A stretch of 63,057 nt of DNA, the filler included, from Ferroacidibacillus organovorans (GTDB taxonomy: Bacteria > Bacillota > Bacilli > Alicyclobacillales > SLC66), in NCBI RefSeq assembly GCF_001642725.1. It is 3 parts of 3 records of this genome, joined end to end, with 100 filler letters (N's around TTAATTAATTAA, not from the genome) between each part and the next. Parts side by side here need not be neighbours in the genome. Positions count along the whole stretch, not along the records: positions 25,840 to 51,135 come from NZ_LSUQ01000037.1; positions 51,236 to 63,057 come from NZ_LSUQ01000068.1; 1 more part is not named here. One strand, written 5' to 3'. Below the pieces are notes generated by a model, which saw nothing but the letters and a program-made list of their open reading frames with translations, had not been told where the DNA came from and did no database searches. Of this stretch, positions 41,171 to 52,250 are shown one piece after another (position 1 is the first letter of the stretch; each line of letters opens with the position of its first letter). The translations under genes were made by a program, and so were the position numbers.

Positions 41171-41916
41171 CAAGCTATGCAATCGCAGAACCGGGGAGTG
41201 TGAGAATACCGGTGGGGGCGCAACCGATCCATCGCTTGATGCAACACATAGGCATTCAATTTCAGGATGTGACGCTGCTTCAATCAGCGTTTACGCACTC
41301 TTCCTATCGCAATGAGCATCGCAAACCTGGTGCAAAAGACAATGAACGCCTTGAGTTTTTGGGTGACGCGGTGCTTGAACTGAGTGTCAGCCAATACTTG
41401 TATCGCACCTATCCTGATTCACTTGAAGGCGAACTGACTCGCATGAGGGCGGCGATTGTCTGTGAGCCAAGCCTTGTCATGTTTGCGCGAAGACTTCACT
41501 TTTCACGCTATTTGCGTCTAGGCAAAGGTGAAGAAATGTCGGGCGGAAGAGAGCGGTCAAGCCTTTTGGCGGATGCGTTTGAAGCGTTTGTGGGCGCGCT
41601 TTATCTCGATCAAGGGCATCACGGCGTAGAGCGATTTCTGACAGAGCACTTCTATCCGTTTATCCCCACACTTGAAGACGCGTGGAAAAAAGACTACAAA
41701 ACAATGCTCCAGGAAGTTGTTCAACGCTTGCAAATGGGCGAACTCAGTTATGAGATCCTTGAAGAGCGTGGACCGGCGCACGATCGTGAATTTGTTATTC
41801 AGGTGAATGTGGGACAAACGGTTTTTGGGCACGGCGTTGGGCGTTCTAAAAAAGAGGCAGAACAGCGGGCGGCAGAGTCTGCCTTGATGCAGGATGTATT
41901 TCGGGAGCGCGAGTGA
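41167..41916 (+). CDS. rnc: Ribonuclease III
   Basis: [17 protein letters not shown] and C-terminal dsRBD; start uncertain. Confidence 0.96.
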   Translation: MTSYAIAEPGSVRIPVGAQPIHRLMQHIGIQFQDVTLLQSAFTHSSYRNEHRKPGAKDNERLEFLGDAVLELSVSQYLYRTYPDSLEGELTRMRAAIVCEPSLVMFARRLHFSRYLRLGKGEEMSGGRERSSLLADAFEAFVGALYLDQGHHGVERFLTEHFYPFIPTLEDAWKKDYKTMLQEVVQRLQMGELSYEILEERGPAHDREFVIQVNVGQTVFGHGVGRSKKEAEQRAAESALMQDVFRERE

Positions 41917-41988
41917 GCGGATGAATGTTGCCCAAGGGATGATCGGAATATCTGGATATAGCGAAGTGAACTACCTCGATAGGAGGCG

Positions 41989-44900
41989 TTGGGATTGTTT
42001 TTAAAGCGGCTTGATGTGCTTGGCTTCAAGTCGTTTGCAGATCGCACCGAAGTGACGGTCGTTCCCGGAGTGACGGCGGTTGTCGGTCCGAATGGGAGTG
42101 GCAAGAGCAACATTGCGGATGCGATTCGGTGGGTGCTTGGGGAACAAAGTGCCCGTTCGCTGCGCGGCGCAAAAATGGAAGATGTCATCTTTGCGGGAAG
42201 CCAAAATCGACGCGCGTTAAATTTTTGTGAAGTGAGCCTGACGCTTGACAATGCGGAAGGCAAGCTTCCTGTATCCTATGCCGAAGTGACAGTGACGCGT
42301 CGCGTCTACCGAAATGGAGACAGCGAGTATTTATTGAACCGACAAGTCTGTCGACTGCGCGATATCAGTGAACTTTTTATGGATACGGGCGTGGGTCGAG
42401 AGGCTTATTCCATTATCGGTCAAGGGCGCATCGAGGAGATCCTCTCGACGCGCAGCGAAGATCGTCGGGGTATCTTTGAAGAGGCTGCCGGGATTGTAAA
42501 ATTTAAAACACGGCGCAAAGAGGCGGAGCGAAAACTCTCCGATGCGTCGCAGAATGTCACCCGCGTAAAAGATATTCTCGCGGAGCTTGAAGATCAGTTG
42601 GAGCCACTGCGAGAGCGAGCGGAGCGAGCGATTGCGTATCAGTCGCTATCGGAATCCTACCGAAGATTGCATATTGGCGTATTGACGGCAGAGGCGGCCC
42701 ATTTGCAGTCGCGCAGTCACGATCTACAGTTGGCTGTTGATGAACAACAAACGGCGCTACAAAATGACCATGCTCATCTTAATGAGATAGAACAGCAAGT
42801 CAACGAAAAGCGTTCGGTGCTTGAACAGGTTGAACAGGCACTAGAGCAGGCTAATCGAGAACTCCTCGCTGTCACCGAAACGTATGAACAGGCTGAAGCG
42901 GAACGGCGTGTCGCTATGGTGAAGCAGGATGCCGCGCTCACAGCGCTTGAAGATTTAAAAAAACGTCACGAAGAAGTTGAGCAGCAACTGGAGCAATTGG
43001 AGCATGCGATCGCGGCGGCTGACGATAAACGATCTGCGAGTGAGTTGCGCGTCGCGAAGCGTCGCGTGGCACTAGAGCAAGCGCTTATGAATTCGGATGA
43101 ACAAGGTGTTATGAGAGCGCTCAAGGAGCGAACGCAGGAGGCGCGCTCAACGCTAATTGAGCGGATGCGCGAGCAGGCGAATTTGAATAACGCGAAACGC
43201 GCCCTTGAAGGTGAGCGAACAGCGCTTGAGCGGCGACGAGTGCGATTGCGTGAAGAGGCAGAGGTGCTCTTGACGCAGTGGGAAGAAGCGCAGCGACACC
43301 ATGTGCGCCTTCAAGAAGAGGCGCGTCAAGATGAACAGACGTATGCGCTCTATCACGAAGAATTGATGAAATGTCGCGAGAAACAGTGTGAGGAAGCGGA
43401 AAAAAGGCGAATCGTGCAGTCGCGGATGACGGAGCTTGAACAAGAGCGCGTGAGTGTTCGCTCGCGGCTCGGGGTTCTTGAGGATTTGCAAAATGATCTT
43501 GAAGGTTTTTCCGCAGGGGCAAAAGCGGCGCTCGTCGCGGCGCGCACTCAAAAGCTCGAAGGAATTCACGGCGCCATCGCAGACCTCGTGGAGGTCCCAG
43601 AAGCGTATCAACTCGCCATCGAGACGGCGCTTGGCGCCTCGGTTCAACACATCGTAACAGAGCGTGAGCGAGATGCTCGAAATGCAATCGATTATTTGAA
43701 ACGAAGACAGTTAGGGCGCGCAACGTTTCTTCCGGTCGAAGTCATCAAGGCGCGGCGCATTCCGCCACAAGAATTGCAAAGGGTTCAGTCTTCATCCGGA
43801 TTCGTTGGCATCGCCTCAGATTTGCTGAGTGTGAAGCCATCCTTTAAATCGGTCATCGATTCTCTGCTGGGCAATGTGATCGTCGTATGGACGTTACCTG
43901 AGGCAAACGCGATCGCACGCGTTTTAAGCTATCGGTATCGAATTGTGACGGAACAGGGTGACATTGTCAATGCGGGCGGTTCCATGACTGGGGGAAGCGT
44001 TGGTCGTCGCGGCACACCCATCTTAGGTCGAACGCGTGAGATTGAAACGCTGCGCGCGCGTGCGCAAGAGAATAAATCTGCTTTGGATGAACTTGTGCGC
44101 ACGCTTAAGGACCATGATGAATCAATCGAGGTCTTGCTAAGTGATGAAAAACGCGCGACAGAACAACTTGGCGAATTTACACAGCACGCAGCGAACCGTC
44201 AAAGAGACATAGAGCGGGCTAAAAACACCTGCGGCTTTCTTGAAGAAAGGCGAACTGCACAGAGCAATGAAGAGCTTCAACTCGAGCGTGAGTCAGAAGA
44301 AATTGAAATCAAGCATAACGCGCTTGCTGACAAACTGCGCTTGCTCGATGAGCAAGTTGTACTCGCTGAGAGCGTGGTGACGGCGGTCGAGGCAGAAGCC
44401 GAAACCATCCAAGCGGAATTTGCGGGACGAAATGAAGAACTCACTGCGCAGCGCGTCTCGCTTGCAGAAGAAGAGCAAACCTTTCTTTACGATCAGTCTG
44501 AGTGTTTGCGATTGATGGAAGAACGCTCTCGCTATGTGACAAATAAGGACCGCATGTTTCAAGAGATCAGCAGGGCGATCGCGCTTCTTTCAGAGTTGCA
44601 ATCCACACTGAAGAATCTGGAAAAAGACAGTGGCGGTATTGCATCTGCAAGAGAACAGCGGCAGTCGACTTTAACGGAACTACGCGAAAATCGGGTGCAG
44701 CGTTTTGAGGAACTAAGTTTACTTGAGAGTGAGATGGATCGAATTCGCGAACAGCGCGCCCGCGCAGAACAACGTTTGCACGCGTCTGAATTATCTCGCT
44801 CACGCGTCGATACAGAGCTTGAAGCTCGTCTCGGGACACTTCGAGATGATTATGGATTAGGTTATGAACTTGCGAGTGAGCGTTATCCATTGGATGAACC

Positions 44901-45579
44901 GCTTGCGCAAGCGAAGGCCCGTCACGGTGAATTGAAGCGAACGCTTGATACGTTTGGGGAAGTCAGTCTTGGGGCGGCTGAAGAGTATGAGCGGGTTTTA
45001 GAGCGGTATACGTTTTTGCGCGATCAGGAAGGCGATTTGGAGAGCGCGCGGATGCAACTTGGAACGCTCATTGCAGAAATTGATGACGAGATGGCCAAGC
45101 GGTTTAAGGAGACGTTTGACGAAGTTCGTCGACACTTTCAAGGGGTTTTTCAATCGCTCTTTGGAGGGGGGCAGGCTGATCTCTTCCTCGTGGACGAGAA
45201 TACGCCACTCACCTGTGGAATCGAAGTGATTGCAGAGCCGCCAGGGAAGAAAATGCAGACGCTCTCCCTTCTCTCCGGAGGTGAGCGGGCGCTTACGGCG
45301 CTTGCCCTCATGTTTGCGATCCTTCGTGTAAAACCGGTCCCTTTTTGTGTATTGGATGAGGTTGAAGCAGCGCTCGATGAGGCGAATGTTTCACGTTTTG
45401 CATCCTATTTAAGGGAATTCTCTACCCATACGCAGTTCGTCGTGATCACGCACCGTCGAGGAACCATGGAATCGGCTGACGTGCTCTATGGTGTCACGAT
45501 GCAGGATTCAGGCGTTTCGAAGCTAGTTTCTGTACGTGTGCTCGAAGAAGAACCAATCGAGGCGACAAATGAAGCGTGA
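41989..45579 (+). CDS. smc: Chromosome segregation protein SMC
   Basis: GPNGSGKSN, coiled coils, hinge GRATFLP, LSGGE and LDEVEAALD. Confidence 0.97.
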   Translation: MGLFLKRLDVLGFKSFADRTEVTVVPGVTAVVGPNGSGKSNIADAIRWVLGEQSARSLRGAKMEDVIFAGSQNRRALNFCEVSLTLDNAEGKLPVSYAEVTVTRRVYRNGDSEYLLNRQVCRLRDISELFMDTGVGREAYSIIGQGRIEEILSTRSEDRRGIFEEAAGIVKFKTRRKEAERKLSDASQNVTRVKDILAELEDQLEPLRERAERAIAYQSLSESYRRLHIGVLTAEAAHLQSRSHDLQLAVDEQQTALQNDHAHLNEIEQQVNEKRSVLEQVEQALEQANRELLAVTETYEQAEAERRVAMVKQDAALTALEDLKKRHEEVEQQLEQLEHAIAAADDKRSASELRVAKRRVALEQALMNSDEQGVMRALKERTQEARSTLIERMREQANLNNAKRALEGERTALERRRVRLREEAEVLLTQWEEAQRHHVRLQEEARQDEQTYALYHEELMKCREKQCEEAEKRRIVQSRMTELEQERVSVRSRLGVLEDLQNDLEGFSAGAKAALVAARTQKLEGIHGAIADLVEVPEAYQLAIETALGASVQHIVTERERDARNAIDYLKRRQLGRATFLPVEVIKARRIPPQELQRVQSSSGFVGIASDLLSVKPSFKSVIDSLLGNVIVVWTLPEANAIARVLSYRYRIVTEQGDIVNAGGSMTGGSVGRRGTPILGRTREIETLRARAQENKSALDELVRTLKDHDESIEVLLSDEKRATEQLGEFTQHAANRQRDIERAKNTCGFLEERRTAQSNEELQLERESEEIEIKHNALADKLRLLDEQVVLAESVVTAVEAEAETIQAEFAGRNEELTAQRVSLAEEEQTFLYDQSECLRLMEERSRYVTNKDRMFQEISRAIALLSELQSTLKNLEKDSGGIASAREQRQSTLTELRENRVQRFEELSLLESEMDRIREQRARAEQRLHASELSRSRVDTELEARLGTLRDDYGLGYELASERYPLDEPLAQAKARHGELKRTLDTFGEVSLGAAEEYERVLERYTFLRDQEGDLESARMQLGTLIAEIDDEMAKRFKETFDEVRRHFQGVFQSLFGGGQADLFLVDENTPLTCGIEVIAEPPGKKMQTLSLLSGGERALTALALMFAILRVKPVPFCVLDEVEAALDEANVSRFASYLREFSTHTQFVVITHRRGTMESADVLYGVTMQDSGVSKLVSVRVLEEEPIEATNEA

Positions 45580-45613
45580 TGGACGCGTTTGTGCACGAAT
45601 AGGGGATGAATGA

Positions 45614-46534
45614 ATGGGGATTTTTGATCGCTTAAAGCAGGGTTTGACGAAAACGCGAAAAACGTTTCAAGATACGGTTGCTACACTGGTGCACAGGCGC
45701 TCCATTGATGCAGAGCTATACGATGAACTGGAAGAAAAACTGCTGGCGGCCGATATCGGATTTGATACTACTACGGCATTGCTTGAGCGGATGAAAAAAG
45801 AAGCGCGACGTCAATCCTTCCAAACCGCGGATCAGTTGATTCCAGTTTTAAAAGAAGCGATGGATGAAATTCTCACGGCGCAAGATCACGCGATGCATAC
45901 GGCAGCGCAGGGTCCAACGGTCATTCTCGTGGTCGGCGTAAACGGCGTTGGCAAAACGACGACAATCGGGAAACTTGCCCACCGCTACACCCTTGAAGGC
46001 AAGCGCGTTATGATCGCGGCGGGGGATACGTTTCGCGCAGCGGCGATCGAACAATTGGCGGTGTGGGCGGAGCGGGCGAATGTCCCGCTGGTTCGACAGG
46101 CGATCGGGTCGGATGCGGCAGCCGTCATCTTTGACGCGGTGCAGTCGGCGCGCGCGCGGCAGGTTGATGTCTTGTTGTGCGACACGGCCGGCAGATTGCA
46201 AAATAAATCGCATTTAATGGATGAACTTCGCAAAATCGTGCGTATTATGAAACGTGAGATTCCGGATGCGCCGCATGAAGTGCTGTTGGTCGTCGATGCG
46301 ACAACAGGGCAAAATGCGCTCTCGCAGGCGGCGATGTTTAAAGAGGTTGCTGATGTGACGGGTGTTATTTTAACAAAGCTTGACGGCACAGCGAAGGGCG
46401 GGGTTATACTTCCGATTTCTCGGGAATTGAATTTGCCGATAAAATGGATTGGCATTGGCGAGCAGATCGATGATTTGCAACCTTTTATGGCAAGTTCGTT
46501 TTCGGAAGCGCTCTTTTCGCCTCAAGAATCGTAA
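45614..46534 (+). CDS. ftsY: SRP receptor FtsY
   Basis: GVNGVGKTT, DTAGRL and TKLDGTAKGG motifs. Confidence 0.97.
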   Translation: MGIFDRLKQGLTKTRKTFQDTVATLVHRRSIDAELYDELEEKLLAADIGFDTTTALLERMKKEARRQSFQTADQLIPVLKEAMDEILTAQDHAMHTAAQGPTVILVVGVNGVGKTTTIGKLAHRYTLEGKRVMIAAGDTFRAAAIEQLAVWAERANVPLVRQAIGSDAAAVIFDAVQSARARQVDVLLCDTAGRLQNKSHLMDELRKIVRIMKREIPDAPHEVLLVVDATTGQNALSQAAMFKEVADVTGVILTKLDGTAKGGVILPISRELNLPIKWIGIGEQIDDLQPFMASSFSEALFSPQES

Positions 46535-46564
46535 GAGCAAAATCGGCGTGACAAGTAAAAACAC

Positions 46565-46593
46565 TTGACATGCCTGAAGCGTTTTTTTATACT
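46565..46593 (+). promoter_or_regulatory. Sigma-A promoter of ylxM-ffh
   Basis: TTGACA-17-TATACT. Confidence 0.8.
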
Positions 46594-46607
46594 CGTAGAC
46601 GAGTGAG

Positions 46608-46961
46608 GTGTTCGTCTTGGACGAAATCACCACGCAACACCTGCTATACGATTTATATGGAACGTTGCTCACAGAGCGGCAACGGCAGGTACTGGAAGAT
46701 CGTTTGTTCGAAGATCACTCCTTACAGGAGATTGCCGAACATCTAGGGATTTCAAGACAAGGGGTTCACGATCTCTTTTCACGCTCTATGCTTCAACTTG
46801 AAGACTATGAGAAAAAATTGGGTCTTGTACAAGAGTATATAAAAAGGCGAACGCTGCTGGTGACATTACAAAAGCGATTACTTGAGAAAAACGCGATGGA
46901 TGAAGAGATGGAGCGAGTCATCCACGAACTGATGGACGAGGAGGTGGAACCGGATGTTTGA
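46608..46961 (+). CDS. ylxM: YlxM/p13-like protein
   Basis: LYDLYGTLLTERQ...SLQEIAE...SRQGVHD; lies between ftsY and ffh. Confidence 0.92.
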   Translation: MFVLDEITTQHLLYDLYGTLLTERQRQVLEDRLFEDHSLQEIAEHLGISRQGVHDLFSRSMLQLEDYEKKLGLVQEYIKRRTLLVTLQKRLLEKNAMDEEMERVIHELMDEEVEPDV

Positions 46962-48354
46962 GTCGCTGAGCGGACGCTTGCAGACTGCCTTTTCCAAGTT
47001 GCGAGGCAAGGGTCGTCTGAGTGAAACGGATGTCAATGACGCCATGCGGGAAATTCGACGTGCTCTTCTAGAGGCGGACGTCAATCACGTCGTCGCGAAG
47101 AAGTTTGTGGATGCTGTAAAAGAGCGCGCAATTGGACAAGACATTCTGCAGAGTTTGACGGCCGGGCAGCAAGTGGTGTCGATCGTCAATGATGAATTGA
47201 CAAGGCTACTTGGCGAAACGCAGGCGAAACTCGAACGTTCCGCGAAACCTCCTACAGTTGTGATGATGGTTGGCCTTCAAGGTGCCGGCAAAACAACCGC
47301 TACGGCAAAACTCGGACGCTTTTTGGCGACCAGTGAGCATCGCCGTCCGCTTTTGGTAGCGGCTGATATTTATCGGCCTGCGGCGATTGACCAGCTTGTC
47401 GCGTTGGGGCAACAAATCGGCGTGAGCGTTTGGGCTCCAGGCGCGACGTTGGCACCGGTCGAGATTGTTCGAACAGCGCTTGATGAAGCGCGGCGCGGTG
47501 GCTATGATTATGTGCTTATCGACACGGCTGGACGCCTTCATATTGATGATGTACTCATGAATGAACTTGAACAGCTTCAGCAACTCAGCGATCCTGAAGA
47601 AATTCTTCTGGTCGTTGATGCGATGACCGGTCAAGATGCGGTGACGGTTGCTCAATCCTTTCATGAGGCGCTAGGAATTACAGGTGTTGTTTTGACGAAG
47701 ATGGATGGCGACACGCGAGGAGGCGCCGCGCTCTCTGTACGCCATGTAACGGGATGCCCAATCAAATTTGTGGGCACAGGTGAGAGACCGGACGCATTGG
47801 AACCTTTTTACCCTGATCGAATGGCATCGCGCATCCTCGGCATGGGTGATGTTCTGACGCTTATTGAAAAAGCGCAAGCTCACTTTGACGAGGATCAAGC
47901 TAAGATTTTAGAACAGAAAATGCGAAATAACGATTTTACGCTTGAAGATTTTCTATCTCAATTGCAGCAAGTAAAAAAAATGGGACCGCTTGATCAACTG
48001 ATGGGAATGATTCCAGGACTTGGCGGCGCGCTGAAGCATCTCCCTCAAGGTGGGGTGGACGAAAAACCGCTTAAGCGTATTGAAGCGATTATTCTCTCCA
48101 TGTCCCCCGAAGAGAGAGTGAAGCCAGAGCTCGTGGAAAAGAGTTCAAGTCGCCGCGTTCGAATTGCAAAAGGCAGTGGGACGCAAGTCAAGGATGTAAA
48201 CCAGTTATTGCGACAGTTTGGTGAAATGCGCAAAATGATGAAGCAATTCTCCGCCATGGGGAAAGGCGGTAAACGAAGTATGGCAGGATTAAAAAATCGC
48301 TTGGGCGCTCCGAGGATGCCGTTTGGTGGAGGTCGCGGTAAAAGAAGTCGATAA
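46954..48354 (+). CDS. ffh: Signal recognition particle protein
   Basis: GLQGAGKTT, DTAGRL, RILGMGD and M-domain. Confidence 0.97.
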   Translation: MFESLSGRLQTAFSKLRGKGRLSETDVNDAMREIRRALLEADVNHVVAKKFVDAVKERAIGQDILQSLTAGQQVVSIVNDELTRLLGETQAKLERSAKPPTVVMMVGLQGAGKTTATAKLGRFLATSEHRRPLLVAADIYRPAAIDQLVALGQQIGVSVWAPGATLAPVEIVRTALDEARRGGYDYVLIDTAGRLHIDDVLMNELEQLQQLSDPEEILLVVDAMTGQDAVTVAQSFHEALGITGVVLTKMDGDTRGGAALSVRHVTGCPIKFVGTGERPDALEPFYPDRMASRILGMGDVLTLIEKAQAHFDEDQAKILEQKMRNNDFTLEDFLSQLQQVKKMGPLDQLMGMIPGLGGALKHLPQGGVDEKPLKRIEAIILSMSPEERVKPELVEKSSSRRVRIAKGSGTQVKDVNQLLRQFGEMRKMMKQFSAMGKGGKRSMAGLKNRLGAPRMPFGGGRGKRSR

Positions 48355-48429
48355 TATGCGTTTGTCGCGCATCTCGATGCGCTGCTTAAGAATGTTTCGT
48401 TCGTTAATTCTAATAAGGAGGTGAAAATC

Positions 48430-48702
48430 ATGGCTGTTAAAATTCGACTGAAACGAATAGGTGCAAAAAAGGCTCCTTTCTATCGCGTTGTTGTTGCTGA
48501 CTCGCGTTATCCTCGCGATGGACGCTTTATTGAGGAGATTGGAACATACAACCCTCTAACGGAACCTGCTCAAATTCATATCGAAGAAGAGCGCGCACTT
48601 TATTGGCTACAAACCGGAGCACAACCTTCTGACTCCGCCCGTAATTTGCTGAGCAAATTAGGGATCATGAAACAAATGCACGAACGCCGTCAGGGCAAGT
48701 AA
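48430..48702 (+). CDS. rpsP: 30S ribosomal protein S16
   Basis: [26 protein letters not shown]. Confidence 0.98.
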   Translation: MAVKIRLKRIGAKKAPFYRVVVADSRYPRDGRFIEEIGTYNPLTEPAQIHIEEERALYWLQTGAQPSDSARNLLSKLGIMKQMHERRQGK

Positions 48703-48713
48703 ACTGTACAAGG

Positions 48714-48953
48714 ATGTGGGTTTCCTTGAAAGAACTCGTAGAATGGATTGCGCGTAATCTTGTAGATCACCCGGACGAAGTTCGTGTATCGCAAAAAGAA
48801 ACAGATCGCACGATCGTTTATGAGCTTTCGGTACACCCCTCTGATACAGGTAAAATTATCGGCAAACAAGGTCGTATGATTAGAGCGATACGCTTAGTGA
48901 CGGCTGCGGGGCACCTGCCCGAAACGAGAAGGATCCACATTGAGTTGGTTTAG
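48714..48953 (+). CDS. khpA: KH-domain RNA-binding protein (YlqC)
   Basis: LVDHPD...GKIIGKQGR; start uncertain. Confidence 0.92.
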   Translation: MWVSLKELVEWIARNLVDHPDEVRVSQKETDRTIVYELSVHPSDTGKIIGKQGRMIRAIRLVTAAGHLPETRRIHIELV

Positions 48954-49037
48954 TGTGGCCGTTTCGATTCGGGTGTTGTGTCCTATTTTTCTTGGACAGG
49001 CCAAACTTCGTGGGATGAAAAGAGAGGATGATGAGCA

Positions 49038-49463
49038 GTGATTACGATTCGACAACCGGTTGCAGTGAAAGTTATTTTGACAGAAGAAACAAAACAACAA
49101 TGGCTGGCAGAACTGCGGAGATTGATCAATGCTACAATCGCCGAGTTAGAGGAACTCGAGTTTCGCGGTAAGCAGTGGTTGCGTGAGGCGAAAGAACAGG
49201 GCGAAGCGGCAATCGCGGCCACTGAAGAGCGAATTGAGTCGGAGCGAAGCCAACGCATTGAGCGTCGCGAACAGATGATTGCGCAACTAAGTCAGATTCA
49301 GCAAATGGACATTGGCGAAGAAGTCCCCAACGGGAATGTAGAAACCACTGTCGATGTAAAGGTTGGCGATTCGTGGGATACGGTTTTACTCGGCAGTGAG
49401 ATTATCCTGAAGGACAATATTGTAGTAGAAATTCGCCAAAATGGACAATCGATTACTTCCTGA
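49038..49463 (+). CDS. ylqD: YlqD family protein
   Basis: V.VKVILTE...VKVGD.W...EIILKD; synteny. Confidence 0.85.
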   Translation: MITIRQPVAVKVILTEETKQQWLAELRRLINATIAELEELEFRGKQWLREAKEQGEAAIAATEERIESERSQRIERREQMIAQLSQIQQMDIGEEVPNGNVETTVDVKVGDSWDTVLLGSEIILKDNIVVEIRQNGQSITS

Positions 49464-49524
49464 TTCGATTGTTTCCATTTGATCGGATCAGTTCAATTTA
49501 GGCGGGACGGAAACAGGTGAGAAG

Positions 49525-50049
49525 ATGATTGCTGTTGGGTTGATTCATGGCACTCACGGATTGAATGGCGAGTTAAAGGTAGAATCGAGAACAGATTTTC
49601 CTGATCTTCGATTTGTACCTGGTTCTCGCTTGTTTTTGCTTAAAAAAAATATTCAAGATGAAGGTTTAGCGATTCCGGTTGTCGTTGAAGCGGCGAGTGT
49701 ATATAAACGTGGGTATCTGCTGTCCTTCGTTGGGTATCGTTCAATTACTGCGGTTGAAACATGGCAAGGCGGAACCTTGAAGGTTCCCGAATCGGAAATG
49801 CCGAAGTTACCTGAGGGAGAGTATTACATTCGGGATTTGCTCGAGTGTCATGTCTATGATGAGATGGATAACCGAATTGGCGTCGTAACCAATGTGCTAA
49901 CTCCTGGCGCGAATGATGTTTATGAAGTGAAAGCAGATGACGGAAAGCTGCTGCTCATTCCGGCGATAAAGGAATGCATTTTGAGTGTGGAACCAGATAA
50001 AAAACGTATGACGATTCATGTTATGCCAGGGTTATTTGATGAATCGTAA
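49525..50049 (+). CDS. rimM: Ribosome maturation factor RimM
   Basis: [21 protein letters not shown] and LIP motifs. Confidence 0.95.
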   Translation: MIAVGLIHGTHGLNGELKVESRTDFPDLRFVPGSRLFLLKKNIQDEGLAIPVVVEAASVYKRGYLLSFVGYRSITAVETWQGGTLKVPESEMPKLPEGEYYIRDLLECHVYDEMDNRIGVVTNVLTPGANDVYEVKADDGKLLLIPAIKECILSVEPDKKRMTIHVMPGLFDES

Positions 50050-50812
50050 GGAGTCGCACGTACTACATTTGGATATCTTGTCGCTCTTCCCAGAGGCGAT
50101 TGAACCGTATCTCTCATCGAGTGTGCTTGCGCGAGCAAAGCGAACGGGCACCGTAGACATCTGCGTGACCAATTTTCGGGATTTTTCTGAGGATCGACAC
50201 AAGACGGTTGATGACTACCCGTTTGGTGGAGGGGCAGGCATGCTTTTAAAGGCTCCACCGCTCTTTGCAGCGGTCGACCATGTGCGAGCACTGCGCAATT
50301 TAGAATACGCGCCACGCGTGATCATGATGACCCCGCAGGGACGCACGTTTAATCAAGCGGTTGCGCGTGAATTGAAGAAGGAACGCCATTTAATTTTCCT
50401 GTGTGGGCACTACGAAGGATTTGATGATCGCGTGCGTCAACATTTGGCGACGGATGAACTTTCAATCGGTGATTTTGTGCTGACGGGTGGCGAACTCGCA
50501 GCTCTTGTTGTCGTTGACGCAGTGGTGCGATTGATGCCGGGCGTTCTTGGTAATGAAGAAAGTCCGAAACAGGATTCACATGAAAACGGAATGCTCGAAT
50601 ACCCTCAATATACAAGACCACGAAAGTTTAGAGAATGGGAAGTCCCGGAAGTTTTACTCTCTGGACATCACGAAAACATCGAGGCGTGGCGGAGGCGAGA
50701 AGCGTTGGCCAACACGTGTAGAAACCGACCTGACCTTTTTATGAAACTCCCGCTTGACGAGAGGGAGCGGAGTGAGATTGTTCGCTACGTAAACGGATAT
50801 GTAGAAAATTGA
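50039..50812 (+). CDS. trmD: tRNA (guanine37-N1) methyltransferase
   Basis: [28 protein letters not shown] and YTRP motifs; start uncertain. Confidence 0.96.
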   Translation: MNRKESHVLHLDILSLFPEAIEPYLSSSVLARAKRTGTVDICVTNFRDFSEDRHKTVDDYPFGGGAGMLLKAPPLFAAVDHVRALRNLEYAPRVIMMTPQGRTFNQAVARELKKERHLIFLCGHYEGFDDRVRQHLATDELSIGDFVLTGGELAALVVVDAVVRLMPGVLGNEESPKQDSHENGMLEYPQYTRPRKFREWEVPEVLLSGHHENIEAWRRREALANTCRNRPDLFMKLPLDERERSEIVRYVNGYVEN

Positions 50813-50985
50813 GTTCGTCGAAAGTACAGGGTGACTGTATCCCTGGCCCTGTCATTCAACGAACTCCCTTCATGGTATGTTGAACAGTAACCGACGGTGC
50901 AGATGGTAATGCGTGTTTTCATGTTTGATACCCGGGCTGTTTAGAATCGCTGTGATGTACGGTATAAAAATGTGGGATAAAAGGT

Positions 50986-51135
50986 TTGACATGATGCGCG
51001 AGGGGTGATATATTACTCCTTGTCGCCGCGAGGCTGACACGAAGAAACGAAGCAAAACGCAGTACCATGGATCCTTGAAAACTAAACACGGATACGTAAC
51101 AACGTCAGCAAGATTCGGCTTTAAACGGCCAATAT
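50986..51135 (+). promoter_or_regulatory. rRNA operon promoter and leader (16S gene expected beyond the contig end)
   Basis: TTGACA-17-TATATT with extended TG; TCCTTGAAAACTAAAC boxA/processing-stem motif at 51072-51087; contig breaks right after. Confidence 0.75.
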
Positions 51136-51235
51136 NNNNNNNNNNNNNNNNNNNNNNNNNNNNNNNNNNNNNNNNNNNNTTAATTAATTAANNNNNNNNN
51201 NNNNNNNNNNNNNNNNNNNNNNNNNNNNNNNNNNN
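51136..51235. other. Artificial contig linker
   Basis: N44-TTAATTAATTAA-N44. Confidence 0.97.
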
Positions 51236-52234
51236 TACGTGTATAACTCAGAAGCCCACAGCCTGGATGTAGATCCCGAGAAACTGGATGTCTACAACTT
51301 CATAAAGCACCGGATTTTGAGCGGTACCACGTGTAGCGGCGTCTGCTGGGAACTCAACCGCCAGGGCATCCAGTCACCGAAAGGAAAACTGTGGTCTGAA
51401 AGCGTGCTCTACCGGCTCATCCTGAACGAAGTGCATCTTGGTCGCGTCGTGTACGGCAAGACCAGCGGTGGGCTGCACAAGAAACGCAAAGCTGCGCCAT
51501 TCAAAGTGATCCCGCGCGAAAATTGGATCGTCGTCGAGAACGCGCACCCGGCAATCAAAACGCCGGAGGAACATGCGGAAATCGTCACCCTACTCGAAAG
51601 CCGCCGGATTCAGCCCAAGCACGCCCGTCGTGGCACCTATCTGCTCTCTGGCCTACTCCACTGCGGCAAATGCGGCTACTCCCTACAGTTTCAGCCGAAA
51701 CCAAACGGTCGCACACTCGTGAAGAAGTGCCAAAAGACGGATGCCTTCGGGAATTGTTGTGGCAATCGCGGGATCGAACTCGAACACGTGGAAAAAGCGG
51801 TGATGGAGAGTTTGCGTGAACACGAGGCGGAACTACTGAAAACGCCGGTTGAGACCAACGAATCGGACTTCCCAACGGAGCATCTGCTGCACACCAAAGA
51901 ACGAGAACTCGAATCGTTACGGGACGGAGTCAATCGGCTCAAGGACTTATTCGTGATGGGCGATGTGAATAAAGCGGAGTACAAAACGCGGCTGGAACGC
52001 CTGAAGGATCTGATTGTGAAAAAAGAGAACGAGTACGAGCAATTGAAGGAGAGCCTTGACGGCTGCTCGCCCCTTATCCACGCCGAACGGCTGCAGTTGA
52101 TTGATGAGCTCAAAGCGTCCTGGACAACCGCCATCGACGTAAAAGAGCGCAACCGGCTTATGAAGTTGATTATTGAGCGGATCGAATACAGGCGAAACTG
52201 GGATGACATCGATATTCACGTGAAGTTTCGATGA
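51236..52234 (+). CDS. Large serine recombinase, 5'-truncated by the contig edge
   Basis: Recombinase domain (LNRQG...W...LILNEVHLG...HPAI), Zn ribbon LLSGLLHCGKCG, coiled coil and IERIEY tail. Confidence 0.9.
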   Translation, partial: YVYNSEAHSLDVDPEKLDVYNFIKHRILSGTTCSGVCWELNRQGIQSPKGKLWSESVLYRLILNEVHLGRVVYGKTSGGLHKKRKAAPFKVIPRENWIVVENAHPAIKTPEEHAEIVTLLESRRIQPKHARRGTYLLSGLLHCGKCGYSLQFQPKPNGRTLVKKCQKTDAFGNCCGNRGIELEHVEKAVMESLREHEAELLKTPVETNESDFPTEHLLHTKERELESLRDGVNRLKDLFVMGDVNKAEYKTRLERLKDLIVKKENEYEQLKESLDGCSPLIHAERLQLIDELKASWTTAIDVKERNRLMKLIIERIEYRRNWDDIDIHVKFR

Positions 52235-52250
52235 TTCGCGCGTTTTGCGC

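Noticed and set aside
50986..52234. Recombinase integrated at the rrn leader or downstream of trmD
   Set aside because: The two are separated by an artificial linker and lie on different contigs.
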